The notes: a model not told the origin generated them from the sequence alone. 62,877 bases of DNA, filler included, from Octopus bimaculoides (GCF_001194135.2; 3 parts of 3 records of this genome joined end to end with filler, not necessarily neighbours in it), one strand, 5' to 3'; shown: positions 45,647 to 58,830, counted from the whole stretch's first letter. Made by a program: numbers and translations.

Positions 45647-47069
45647 AACGAGTGTTTATGAAGTTTCGAATGGAAAGAGGTTCTTCTTTCACAGAGATGT
45701 ATTTTATCCAAGCGTACATTGGTTTAGCTCTATATCGAATATATACTTGGAATTCATTAATTCTTTTAGTATTAGAATTAACACCTATGAAGTTTCAGTT
45801 GTTATAGATGTTGTCATCCATTCGATATAAGAGAGCAGAGTTTTCATAATATAACATAAGAAAAAAGGGAGGGTTTGAACACAGAAACTAAAACCTTATT
45901 TATACAATAGTCAATTTCATAACGCCTACGTACGTTACAATTTCTTGCCATCATTCATAGTTTTGCAATTAAGATTGCAATATGCATTTAAAAGGTAAAA
46001 ATGACATCAGAGCAAAAATTGACAAAACATTTTGTCAATATTTTGTCGGTAAGCAACTCACCATCCATTAAGATGTGAACGACGTTTTGTCAATTTTTGC
46101 CCAGAAGAGATTTTACCGTTTAAATCCATAATGAAATTGAAACGTATGTGGGCCATATGAAATTGACTATTATATAAAGAAATCGATGTTTCCTGTGTTA
46201 AAACTCTCCCTTCTTCATTATATATATATATATAAAATGAAGAATGGAGAGTTTATATGTATGTGTGTGTGCATTTGCAGCGGAGTACGTACACTTTGGT
46301 CTCTTATATGTAAGTACACACAAACACACACACACATATATATACGACTTTGTACGACTCTATTATTCTTTCATTCCTTCCTTCTTTCTCTCAGCCCCTT
46401 CACACTTACTTCGTTCTTTCCACTCTTCTTTATTTCGTTTTACCCTCAAACATTTTCTGGCTTTCTCTTCATTCTCACATTCCCTCCTCTTTCACTTCAC
46501 TCTGTCACTTTTCTTTTTTCTCCTCCCTCCCTAATTCTTCTAGCCCTCTGCTTCTACTTCTCTCTCTTCTCTCTCCACGTGACCGGTGTTCGGCCAAGCT
46601 TGACCTTTCTTTCTTGGTTCGAGTACCATCCGTGCAACATCTATATTCCTCTCTATGCTTCCCATACCTTATGTCCCTGCCGTAAGGCTTTACTTCCATA
46701 CACGCCAGCTTAATTTAATTCGTCCTTAGTCGAAAGACACCTGTTGTAAATGTTTCTTATTTGCATTGGTATTTGTGTACCATTTCTCCGTTTTTTCCGT
46801 CCTAGATTTCGTATACATTCGCTGCTCTCTTCCAAGGAATCTAGCGCTCTTAGCTTAGTTTTCTTTTGGGGGCTGGCCAGATTGGAGCAATCTCGAGTAT
46901 AATCAGCCGAAATTGCAAAGATAATATGGAACTGGACTGAAGAAAGAAAACTCCGAATGACCCGTCCTTGTTTTTCTTTTATCGTCTGTCCAGTGGATGT
47001 TTTCTTCTCCCTTTTTTGTATCATCTCACTGTCTGGGTGTTTTGCGCTCTTGTATCAATTTTGGTATTC

Positions 47070-47107
<38 letters not shown>

Positions 47108-47614
47108 AAACGATACATTAACCTTTAAAAAGGGATGACTACATCCAGCAAAACACTGGTTCCATACCTAATCTTTTGGGGAGATAAGATTTCCTCAAAT
47201 CAATAGATATATATTATGCATGCAATCAGTTTTCAATTAGTATATGAAAATAAAACGGTGAGTTGAAAATTAGTAATTTTTTATTAATAAATTGATAATT
47301 TTTACTTCGTACAGCTGTTTGCATTTATGCTCATTAAATAAATTACAAATTAATGCTTCAAATTTGCAAAAATATCATCAGGAGAAAAAGATATATAATA
47401 AAAGATTACATGTTGACCTCTTAGTTCATACCTGCAGTTTCAATCTAAACTGGCCTAGCAGGAACGTGAACGTCTGCGTAGCAGTCTATTGTGTTATTTC
47501 TTTGATGTTTTTTCAGATTTAATAATAATAAACTGTATTACTCTACCTCCGGTATTCGAGTACTATTTTTCCCACCTTGTCTCATATTTGTGTGCTTACT
47601 TTGATATATATACG

Positions 47615-47733
47615 ACTTACGGTCATATCACTTTGAAAGCACCGGTTCTCGTCCGATCGCCGAAGTTAAGCAACGTCGAACCTAGTGAATACTTAGATGC
47701 GTGACCGCTTGGTAAACCTAGATGCTGTTGCGT
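47615..47733 (+). rRNA. 5S rRNA: Full-length 5S rRNA-derived copy, probably non-functional (pseudogene or SINE3 head)
   Basis: ACTTACGGTCATATCACTTTGAAAGCACCGGTTCTCGTCCGATCGCCGAAGTTAAGCAACGTCGA..TACTTAGATGCGTGACCGCTTGG..TGCTGT matches invertebrate 5S. The 3' half is diverged, the copy is solitary, and there is no oligo-T terminator. Confidence 0.9.
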
Positions 47734-47812
47734 CTCACGCTTAACGGCAGTGTCTCAGCATGACCACAGCTTTCATCTTAAACTGATAAAATATATAAAA
47801 AAAGATATATGT
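47615..47812 (+). mobile_element. Candidate 5S-derived SINE (SINE3): 5S head plus family-A-like 3' tail
   Basis: GGCAGTGTCTCAGCATGACCACAG, about 12 nt after the 5S end, matches the family-A terminal motif GGCGGTGCTCCAGCATGGCCGCAG at 18/24; an A-rich tail follows. Confidence 0.55.
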
Positions 47813-48054
47813 ATAATGTTTTTTCTTTATACTGCCTTTCTTTCAAACAACGCCATACATGCCCTGAGAACTTATTTCAAAGAACTTACATTTGTTATTT
47901 TTCTAATGCCATATGATTTCTCAAATATCTTCTGATCTCAATGATCCCTATAAGCCATTGTATCCTCCCGTCATTGTTTTTATTTTTCATTTCCTTCTAC
48001 TGCTATTTTATTTTTTGTACTATTCTTAGAAATATTCATCTTCCTAAACTTCCT

Positions 48055-48101
48055 TATCATCTTCATCATCATCATCATAATCGTCATCATCATTATCATC
48101 G

Positions 48102-48157
<56 letters not shown>

Positions 48158-48190
48158 TTCGCCTCCATCGTATTCCTCCTCATCATCATT
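48055..48190. repeat. (CAT)n microsatellite
   Basis: Direct reading. Confidence 0.95.
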
Positions 48191-48857
48191 ACCATCGCTT
48201 TATCCTCTTTTTCTCCCCTCCTTTTTCTTCATTATCCAACTTTCTCCTCTTCATTCTCTAGCAATCTTTTTCAGCTCTTTTAACTTCTCCTATGTCGCTA
48301 TCTTTCACTTCCTTTCCACCTTTACTCTTGTTATTTTCTTACTCCATAAATACTACCCTTTAAATGTCTCATCCCTCACACACAACAACAAAAGCACCCC
48401 AGGTCTATAACATTTTCAGTCAAATCCAAACACCAGTCACTATTTTACAACTTACTTCATTTTTAACCTATTAGCACTTTTGGCAGGTCCAGTCGTACTT
48501 TCCCTCCAATTGTATAAAGTTAAAACTTTTGAAATTTTTTCCTTATCAAATTTTTAAATAAATACTTGATTTATTAAACATCATCAGTATCAACAGTTAC
48601 AATTTTTCACCTCATCTCTTCCTATTATACTCATCAATATTATTCACTTACAATACTGTTCGTCTTGCTACTTTTCTCATTACAGACAACACGCCCACAT
48701 ACTTACTGGTCTTATCTAAGCAGGGCAGATTCAAAACGTCTGGCTTAGTTGTGAGAAGATAATAGAAACCAATTATCAATAGTGTGTTTTTGCCACGGAT
48801 TTCTTCTGTTATTAAAAATTACTACCTTCACCCGATTGGAATTAATCAATCAATCAG

Positions 48858-48934
<77 letters not shown>

Positions 48935-48950
48935 ATTTCTATCTATCTAT
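48858..48950. repeat. (TCTA)n microsatellite
   Basis: Direct reading. Confidence 0.95.
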
Positions 48951-51733
48951 CTCACTCTCTCACTGTATGCATGAATGCATATATAAACAAATATATANNN
49001 NNNNNNNNNNNNNNNNNNNNNNNNNNNNNNNNNNNNNNNNNNNNNNNNNNNNNNNNNNNNNNNNNNNNNNNNNNNNNNNNNNNNNNNNNNNNNNNNNNNN
49101 NNNNNNNNNNNNNNNNNNNNNNNNNNNNNNNNNNNNNNNNNNNNNNNNNNNNNNNNNNNNNNNNNNNNNNNNNNNNNNNNNNNNNNNNNNNNNNNNNNNN
49201 NNNNNNNNNNNNNNNNNNNNNNNNNNNNNNNNNNNNNNNNNNNNNNNNNNNNNNNNNNNNNNNNNNNNNNNNNNNNNNNNNNNNNNNNNNNNNNNNNNNN
49301 NNNNNNNNNNNNNNNNNNNNNNNNNNNNNNNNNNNNNNNNNNNNNNNNNNNNNNNNNNNNNNNNNNNNNNNNNNNNNNNNNNNNNNNNNNNNNNNNNNNN
49401 NNNNNNNNNNNNNNNNNNNNNNNNNNNNNNNNNNNNNNNNNNNNNNNNNNNNNNNNNNNNNNNNNNNNNNNNNNNNNNNNNNNNNNNNNNTATATATATA
49501 TATAATTGTGTGTGTGTATGTGTGTGTGTGTGTCTGTGTGTGTGTGTATGTATGTATGTATGTATGCATGTATATATGTATCTATGTATGTATGTATGAA
49601 TATGTATATAAAATCAAGATAAGCAACAGGATATCAAGAAGTGATGCAGTACAACCGTTTTTTCAAGTGACTCCATTTAATTGAGCAATGCAGTCATTAC
49701 ATCAATTTAAATGCAGGGCAATCATCTGCTGCACAATTAAATAGATAGATAAAAATATTTACTCAAATACTCAGTCACGTATGCATGTATGTGTATCGAT
49801 ATATATACATATATTTATGTATATATGTATATATGCATACACATACATGTATATGTGACTGTGTGTGAGAGAAAAGAGAGAGTGTGTGTGTTTGGGTGTG
49901 TGAGTCTGTGTGTGTGCATCTGTGTCTGTGTGTATTATCGTCTAATCATAATGGTCCGGCAATGAAAAAAACATTACTGGTTATAGGAGTTTGTGTTACA
50001 TGGCACTTAGCAACTAAAGCTCCGTTGTGATAATTACTTACGAATTAAAATGTATACTATTATTGTCTGAGTATTTTTGTCAGATTTACATTAAGTTGGA
50101 AGTTAAGTCACAATAATATTGGATCATTGCTAAATGTATCATCTCTCCTAAATTTTATGCCTATTCGAATCTTGTGAATAAAAATCCATCTTAGAAATCA
50201 ACTTTAATATTAGTTACTTCTATCAATTTTGCACTATGAATAACGTCATTATTTTACAACAAATGTCAATGTTCATGTAGTACTTTTCAAAATATGTTGT
50301 GATTGCTATCTACGAGCTTTACATGTAGTAGAAGATGTATCGCTTTGACTTAAGTTGTTTCTAATATAATTTCACATCAGATACAAGGATAGATTTCTTT
50401 ATTAAGCCACGCAGGGCCGAACACAGAGGAGACATTACAATGTATAATTTTCCCCCGATCAATAGGGATCGAAAACGTTTTGGGACGTGTACACAAGGAG
50501 ATAACAAGGTAACATTTTAACAACAGAAATTCCCAAAAGGGGGAGAAAATATAACATCGAATAGGTTTCTCCGTGGTAAGGAAAGCCTACGAAAAAACCC
50601 ACGGAAAGCTCGGAAAAAGCTACGGGAGCAAAGCGCCTTTTCTCTTTTGTTTTATAGGTTCATGCTCAAGCAGGTTTCGTCATTCATACGAACCACCTTT
50701 GCTACATTCACATCGTTCTAAAAATGGAGTAAATAGTATTAATGTAAAGTAAAAATTGTTGTACAAAATTATGCATGGTGAGTGGCCTCGTACATTCAGT
50801 ACAGATTATATTAAAAAAGAGCTGTCGATAGATTTTACTTCAAATTACAGTAATTCCTTGTTGTTATATTTTCTGGTATTCTGTATTTTAAGAATATACA
50901 TTCTAGCTTTGCTATCCATATCACAAGATAGCTGTCCAATTTATTAGCCACTGACAATACAAAATACACATGCATGCATGTATTTATACTCACACAAAAA
51001 CACATATCACATATTCACAAACACAAACACATATATACAGGCATTATACATGTCAGATATATTAATATCTAATATAGTAGTTCCCAAATGAATTAAATCA
51101 TCAAGATATTAAACAAACTAATTTTAACCGGAAATATTCAACAAGGTAACTGCAGATGTCTGGAGATTTATGCTATTATGGATAACGATTTAGCATTTTA
51201 ACGGTAATAACCATGAAACTGCTATCGCATTATAGAAGTGCCAGCGATATGCCAGCATATTAATAAACTCTTTATATATANNNNNNNNNNNNNNNNNNNN
51301 NNNNNNNNNNNNNNNNNNNNNNNNNNNNNNNNNNNNNNNNNNNNNNNNNNNNNNNNNNNNNNNNNNNNNNNNNNNNNNNNNNNNNNNNNNNNNNNNNNNN
51401 NNNNNNNNNNNNNNNNNNNNNNNNNNNNNNNNNNNNNNNNNNNNNNNNNNNNNNNNNNNNNNNNNNNNNNNNNNNNNNNNNNNNNNNNNNNNNNNNNNNN
51501 NNNNNNNNNNNNNNNNNNNNNNNNNNNNNNNNNNNNNNNNNNNNNNNNNNNNNNNNNNNNNNNNNNNNNNNNNNNNNNNNNNNNNNNNNNNNNNNNNNNN
51601 NNNNNNNNNNNNNNNNNNNNNNNNNNNNNNNNNNNNNNNNNNNNNNNNNNNNNNNNNNNNNNNNNNNNNNNNNNNNNNNNNNNNNNNNNNNNNNNNNNNN
51701 NNNNNNNNNNNNNNNNNNNNNNNNNNNNNNNNN

Positions 51734-51768
<35 letters not shown>

Positions 51769-52809
51769 CACACCACACACCTACACACACACATAAACAA
51801 ACATTAAAACGTTATATTTAATAAATAGAGCAAGACAATACGTGCCTCAAAATGTATATTCATATATGCATGCGCACTGATATAATGTCACACGTATAAA
51901 CACTTCTATCATTCCCCTCTGTATATAAAATAGCTTAGTGGTTAGGGTAATTTTCTCACAATCGTAACGTCGTGAAGGTACGTCCAACAATATACACACA
52001 TATAAACACACACATAAATACATATGTAAACGGGTGTGTAAGTGTATAGATATAGATAATGTGTGTACAGAGAGTGTGAATGGAGAGCGAAAGAGAGAGA
52101 GAGAGAGTAACAAAGACAGTGATGTGTAATAGTAATGAGTAAGTATTTGATAAATTTATTTTAAAATGAAATGAATTTATAATAATTAAAAGAATATTGA
52201 AATTGGTTACTGAATGACAGTAGATAATTTTTTATCCCTTGTTAGTTTTAGATGTAGGAATTTTAGGAGTCTTTAAGGTCGGAGCGAATACTCTGCCAAG
52301 CGTAAAACGTATTACTGAGAAGCTGCTAATTAGTATGGTGTACCTATACACTTTTTTGCAAGGAAACGTCATGAACCATATTTGTGAACTGGTAGGCATA
52401 TTATAGTCCGAAATATATATTTGATCATTTTATTCTGTTAGCACGTTGAGCACCAATAACACAATCTTCTATTTATATGTTCATGATTTAATTTCATTAT
52501 ACTTTATTTTCTTATTCATTCATAGATTTAATTTATTTTCATCCAGATTTTATCTATTTGTTTTTATGTACGCACAGACAGAAACACACGCACGATCACG
52601 AACATATATTCACATACAAACACACTGAGGTACGTACGTCTAGATATTGCAAACACAGCATTACAAGAACATGTACCCATCTTAGAATATACAATCAATT
52701 TTATTTTAATTTTTCAACATATCTTTGGGTGATTTAAAATCATTTCTTGTATACGATTAGCATTAATTTACATTTCTATGTTCAGCATACATACATATAT
52801 GTATGTGCT

Positions 52810-52852
<43 letters not shown>

Positions 52853-52960
52853 NNNNNNNNNNNNNNNNNNNNNNNNNNNNNNNNNNNNNNNNNNNNNNNN
52901 NNNNNNNNNNNNNNNNNNNNNNNNNNNNNNNNNNNNNNNNNNNNNNNNNNNNNNNNNNNN

Positions 52961-53012
<52 letters not shown>

Positions 53013-53606
53013 TGTATGTTACAATCCTTAAATATAAAAGTTCAGTTGTTTCTCGATTCGGTTTTTCATCGTACGTCATAAGATTTTCAATCCAGTCGTC
53101 CACAAAAATACAACTTAACCAAAAGATGTTGAGCACAATTATTTAAACGACCAACTAGTATTTTAGTTGGTCATTAGGATTCATTATCATAGGTTTTCAC
53201 CATTTATTTGAAGATATAAAGTTTAGAGGGTGTTTAAAAGCATCCAAGTAATAATTAATCTTTGTTATGCATAAATTTAAGTCTTGATTACGGTAATGTT
53301 TTGTTTTGAATATTTAACTGTGTTTTGTGAGTAAACAATAGATGCAATCTGTATTTTATATGTGATGCAGCCGGAGGTAAGATTACAGAACCATTTCGGA
53401 AATGTTGTACTATATTTAGTTTGTATATTGATACAGCCAAAAAATGTAAGGAGCTATTTTATTAATTACACTTAAAATACATTATGTATAAAGAACTGTT
53501 GAATGCCTTGGTTTGCTGAAACTTTTATTAAATTAAGAAGTATAAAATGTCTTTCAAAGAAAAATCTTTGGATAATTTATGTTCCCATTTATTATTAAGG
53601 AAACCA

Positions 53607-53933
53607 TCACCCCGTTCTCTTCGTGGTATCTCCAAACTCCCAAACGTATGCGTTCATTCTTGGCTGTCCAGGAAGACTTGGGGAATTTCCATGAAATCCT
53701 CTGCTCTTTTGGAATCCCGGCATCAATGAGAAACTATGTACCTGCTCGTGCTCAAGTATATCTTGTAGAGCCATCTGGAAATTTGATTTGTCTGCAACTC
53801 TTACAGGTACCGGCTGATATTCGGGCAAAGAATTTTCTAAGGTCACGGGTATTTGCATATATCTGAATTCCGAAATACGTGGTTGTAGATTCGATCCTAT
53901 TGCGTAACTTCTTGGTAAAATATTGACTGTTGC
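53607..53933 (-). CDS. Candidate coding exon of an unidentified gene (or unrecognised TE fragment)
   Basis: The minus frame is stop-free from 53993 to the TGA at 53609-53607 (about 128 codons) and is GC-richer than its flanks. An in-frame acceptor-like TTTCTCCCCAAG lies upstream of 53933. No homology recognised. Confidence 0.25.
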   Translation of the reverse strand, partial: ATVNILPRSYAIGSNLQPRISEFRYMQIPVTLENSLPEYQPVPVRVADKSNFQMALQDILEHEQVHSFSLMPGFQKSRGFHGNSPSLPGQPRMNAYVWEFGDTTKRTG

Positions 53934-55221
53934 CTTGGGGAGAAATGTAACATTGCAGTAAATATGAGTAGATGGATAGCTTATTGAAACTCGTTAATGT
54001 TAATCCTAAAGCGACATCCCTGTTTCGTTTTTGATTCTATCGAAAGTTTTACTTCCGGACGACAAAAATACACCACATACACGCAAGCACTACACATGTT
54101 CCCCTGCCATCCACTCTATCAGTTGGTTAGTTAGATATTTAGTTAATTGGTTTATTCGTTCGTTAGTTAATTAGATGGTAGTTAGATTACTGTACAAATA
54201 AGAAAATCAGCAGTCTCTCATGCGTTTTCATTAGGTGCTCCAGCATGGCCGCAGTCAAATGACTGAAACAAGTAAAAGAGTAAAAGAGTAAAAGAGTAAA
54301 AGAGTTATTAATTGTATTGGTCTCAATCTCACTTAGAATATACCTTCACATTCTCTCTCTCTCTCTCTCNNNNNNNNNNNNNNNNNNNNNNNNNNNNNNN
54401 NNNNNNNNNNNNNNNNNNNNNNNNNNNNNNNNNNNNNNNNNNNNNNNNNNNNNNNNNNNNNNNNNNNNNNNNNNNNNNNNNNNNNNNNNNNNNNNNNNNN
54501 NNNNNNNNNNNNNNNNNNNNNNNNNNNNNNNNNNNNNNNNNNNNNNNNNNNNNNNNNNNNNNNNNNNNNNNNNNNNNNNNNNNNNNNNNNNNNNNNNNNN
54601 NNNNNNNNNNNNNNNNNNNNNNNNNNNNNNNNNNNNNNNNNNNNNNNNNNNNNNNNNNNNNNNNNNNNNNNNNNNNNNNNNNNNNNNNNNNNNNNNNNNN
54701 NNNNNNNNNNNNNNNNNNNNNNNNNNNNNNNNNNNNNNNNNNNNNNNNNNNNNNNNNNNNNNNNNNNNNNNNNNNNNNNNNNNNNNNNNNNNNNNNNNNN
54801 NNNNNNNNNNNNNNNNNNNNNNNNNNNNNNNNNNNNNNNNNNNNNNNNNNNNNNNNNNNNNNNNNNNNNNNNNNNNNNNNNNNNNNNNNNNNNNNNNNNN
54901 NNNNNNNNNNNNNNNNNNNNNNNNNNNNNNNNNNNNNNNNNNNNNNNNNNNNNNNNNNNNNNNNNNNNNNNNNNNNNNNNNNNNNNNNNNNNNNNNNNNN
55001 NNNNNNNNNNNNNNNNNNNNNNNNNNNNNNNNNNNNNNNNNNNNNNNNNNNNNNNNNNNNNNNNNNNNNNNNNNNNNNNNNNNNNNNNNNNNNNNNNNNN
55101 NNNNNNNNNNNNNNNNNNNNNNNNNNNNNNNNNNNNNNNNNNNNNNNNNNNNNNNNNNNNNNNNNNNNNNNNNNNNNNNNNNNNNNNNNNNNNNNNNNNN
55201 NNNNNNNNNNNNNNNNNNNNN

Positions 55222-55795
55222 CCAGCAGAGGCTCCAACCCCGCAGACTAAAAAAGAGGGAAAAGGAAAAAAAAAGAAACGGGAGACGGTCGGCGGAAGTC
55301 ACTGCACCGCCGACCGATGGGAAGTGTGCCCCGGGAGAGGAAAACTCTGCCAGCGGGCATTGTGCCGATGACAGAGTAGCGTGACGTTCCTCCCAGTGAG
55401 GATAATGATTATGTTATCATGTAGCATGAGGGAGGGGCGGTGAATGAATTCTTGGACCGTGAGTGCGGCCAAGATAGGAGCTACTCGGAATGTGCGAGTA
55501 GTTCCACATAGCCTCCGCAGGTGACTGCGGAGGTTGTAAATGACAACATAATAATTAAAGTCATAGAAAAATGTAACCAAAATGATTTCTTCTACTTCGC
55601 CGCAAATTCAACCCTAGCAATAGACACTCGTTTGGCAGGGGTGGCATATCTGCTTGCGGAGGGGTGGAGTGAGGGAAATTACGATATTTTTAATTGTTAA
55701 TATATTGAAATTGTGTAAAAATTGTAATTTTAAATGAAAATAAAAAGAACAATGTTTTCGAGGGGCTATCAGTCGGCGGGCACTGGTGCCTCTCT
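55222..55795 (+). other. GC-rich island with decayed reading frame and multiple strong hairpins (3' part of an unclassified element)
   Basis: Hairpins at 55286-55316, 55451-55473, 55481-55501, 55512-55533 and 55762-55795. ORF-like stretch PPQVTAEVVND..LAGVAYLLAEGWSEGNYDIFNC*, then an AT-rich tail with AATAAA. The 5' end is lost in a gap. Confidence 0.5.
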
Positions 55796-55949
55796 AATTA
55801 TTTGTTTCATCCTTATCACCCTCATCTCATTAATGTTCATGTCCATCCCTCAGCTACTTTATGTCTGTCTGTCTTTGTCTGTCCCCTCTATGTAACGCCA
55901 TTAATGGCGAAATTTATTGAAATAATGTAGTCTGCCTACGACCTACATC

Positions 55950-56071
55950 GTTCCGGGTCCGGGTCCAGTCCCACTGCGTGGCACCTTGGGCAAGTGTCTT
56001 CTGCTATAGCCTCGGACTGACCAAAGCCTTGTGAGTGGAATTGTTAGACTGAAACTGCAAGAAGCCCGTCG

Positions 56072-56105
<34 letters not shown>

Positions 56106-56340
56106 TGTGTGTGTGTGTGTGTATATATGTTTGTGCGTGTGTATGTTTGCCCCTCCCCCAACATCGTTTGACAACCGATGCTGGTATGTTAAAGTTCCCG
56201 TAAATCAGCGGTTCGGCAAAGGAGACCGATAGAATAAGTACTGGGCTTACAAAGAATAAGTCCTAGGGTCGATTTGTTCGACTAAAGGTAGTGCTCTAGC
56301 ATGGCCACAATCAAATGACTGAAACAAGTAAAAGAGTAAA
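55950..56340 (+). mobile_element. Family-A SINE, young near-full copy
   Basis: CAGTCCCACTGCGTGGCACCTTGGGCAAGTGTCTT..(TA)n(TG)n..AGCATGGCCACAATCAAATGACTGAAACAAGTAAAAGAG. Confidence 0.9.
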
Positions 56341-56896
56341 ATGCGCAGGTGTTTGGCGTCACTTCCCAACCACAGGACTTTGCCAACGCTGCATTAGATT
56401 TTGTGAGAGAAAATAAAGTCGCATACATTTTGAATGCACTTCATACACACACACACAACCACACACACACACAACCACACGCACACACATGCATAGTACG
56501 TACGTACATACATACATATATACATACATACATACATGCATGTACAATTCGGTGTGCATGTGTGAGTCTAATATGTGTCGAAAAATACTTTGAAAATATT
56601 CCATGAAGCATGACCTTAATATATTTTGTTTTGATTTACTGAAAATAATTTTCTTTTCATTTAATACATATTCTAATCTCTTAATCTACCAAAGTTCTCC
56701 AAGTTTCTAAGAAATTATTATAACATTTTTTTCCCGCTATAGTGCCATTTCACTAAATATATCTCATCTATCAATACTATATACTCAGCAAATTTCTGTA
56801 GCATAATTTTCTTATTGCATGTGAATCTTAATTTTAGTAAAAACATATTTACAATAACTGTAATGGTAAGTATACGATTTTTATGAATGTATATGT

Positions 56897-56973
<77 letters not shown>

Positions 56974-57867
56974 GTGAAAGAAAGAGAGAGATAGAGAAAG
57001 AGAGAGAGAGAGAGAGATAGATAGATAAATAGATAGATATAGATATATACACTTATACAAACATATACATACACACACACATACATATATATGCATTTTT
57101 AATTAGCATCATAAAAAATATTACCGACTATTTTGTTATAGACTTTGTTCTCTGTAAGACTTGTTTTAGAGATGTCTTATTAATCCTAACAAGATGATAT
57201 TACTTCTATAAAGTTAATGATTGTCAGTGTGGATGTATGTGCATACGACACGAATGAAATGAGCCATGTTCGACAATTGCTATGCGTTTTACGTACAACT
57301 GCATAAGATGCAATGCAAATCATGGGAAATTCGACAGTGTCAAATATTCAGTCTCCATCAGAAATTCAATAATACAGCTTAAAAATATCGTTTGCACTTC
57401 GATGGACTTCAATAAACAATGCGATGAGGGTACTATCACATTTCTAAATATGACCATGAATGTATTAAGCACTAACTATTCGATATCATAGTTCGTGTGT
57501 GTCGTTGTACAAAATTTTCTAAAATTAATAAGCTTTATATACTAGCATATTTTCGCACTTGTTTCTTTGAAAGTTATATTGATGTGTATTTTAATTTGCA
57601 ATATGATACTCAGGTGTTATTTAGCCATTATTACGTTTGTTGATGAGGATATTTCTGATGCAGAAAGTAATCCTTGATGAACATTCTTTAATGAAATGCG
57701 TACCTTCAAAATTCTCGTGCAATATTAAATTCCGATTGCGTAAAGTAATTGAAAGTTGCTATAGCGTGTAAATACTTTATTTTGTTATAATATGAAAACG
57801 AAATTGTTGCATCATTGTATTTGAACAATAAGCTTGTCTATTTCCAAATACTAGTTTTTTTTTACAG

Positions 57868-57957
57868 GATCTGAAGAGCTGAGGCAAACAAGAACAATAC
57901 TGCCGGAAGTATAAAAAGAGAATGTTGTCCACTGCGGAATTTTACCCAAAAACATAA
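57868..57957 (+). other. Possible 90-nt non-coding or terminal exon
   Basis: Strong acceptor T9ACAG|G and donor-like AA|GTAAAT, but all three frames contain stops. Confidence 0.2.
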
Positions 57958-57967
57958 GTAAATATTT

Positions 57968-58180
57968 TTCTACTTTAGGCATAAGGCCCGAAATTTGGGG
58001 GGAGGGGCAAGCCGATTAGATCGAGCCTAATACGCAACTGGTACTTAATTTATCAACCCCAAAAATGATGAAAGGCAAAATCAACCTCGGTGGAATTTGA
58101 ACTCAGAACGTAAATATTGACGAAATACCGATAAGCATTTCACACGGTGTGCTAACGTTTCTGCCAGATCGCCGCCTTGA
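57968..58180 (-). mobile_element. Family-B SINE, full
   Basis: GGCATAAGGCCCGAAATTTGG..CTGGTACTTAATTTATCAACCCC..GGAATTTGAACTCAGAACG..GTGCTAACGTTTCTGCCAG. Confidence 0.88.
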
Positions 58181-58205
58181 AGCTTAAATAAATATTGTTA
58201 ACATA

Positions 58206-58597
58206 TAGGCGCAGGTGTGGCTGTGGTTGCTTCCCAACCACATGGTTCCGAGTTTAGTCGCACTGCGTGGCACTTTCGGCAAGTGTTTTCCACTATATCG
58301 TCAGGCCAATCAAAGCCTTGTGAGTGGATTTAGTAGACAGAAACTGAAAGAAGCCTGTCGTATGTGTATATATATCTATGCGTGTGTGTATCAGTGTCTG
58401 TCCCCACCCCAACGCTTGACAACCGATGATGGTATGTTTATGTCATCGAGACCTAGCGGATCGGCAAAACGGAGCGACAGAATAAGTACAAGTCTTACAA
58501 AGGATATTCCTGGATTGATTTCTTCAACTAAAACCTTTTAATGTGGCGCACCAGTCAAATAACTGAAACGTGTAAAAGATTAAATGAAAGAATAAAA
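58206..58597 (+). mobile_element. Family-A SINE, full older copy
   Basis: GGCGCAGGTGTGGCTG head, TTCGGCAAGTG CORE, microsatellite, 3' half and tail. Confidence 0.85.
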
Positions 58598-58667
58598 TGT
58601 TGAATATTAATGTCTTATATTCTACCTTTTGTTAATCTAATGTCCTTTATATATAAAATCATTTCTA

Positions 58668-58830
58668 CTAAAGCACAAGGCCTGAAATTTGGGGTAGTGG
58701 ACTAGTCGATTACAAGGACTCTTGTATTTCAATGGTACTTAATTTATCGAATGAATGGTTAAGTCGACTTCGACGGAATTTCAACTCAGAATGTAAAAGT
58801 GTACGAAATGTAGCTAAGCATTTTTCTCGA
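58668..58830 (-). mobile_element. Family-B SINE, diverged
   Basis: GCACAAGGCCTGAAATTTGG..GGTACTTAATTTATCGA..GGAATTTCAACTCAGAA. Confidence 0.75.

Noticed and set aside
47615-47733. Functional 5S rRNA gene
   Set aside because: The copy is solitary, has several substitutions in the 3' half including the internal promoter region, and lacks an oligo-T terminator.
53722-53750. HEQVH as an HExxH metalloprotease motif in the candidate exon
   Set aside because: It is a five-residue pattern without the usual flanking residues, which is chance-level evidence.
14878-55384. Long ORFs in the supplied track (180-513 aa)
   Set aside because: They consist mostly of X from N gaps or of dinucleotide read-through (YI, CV, HT repeats), so they are not evidence of genes.
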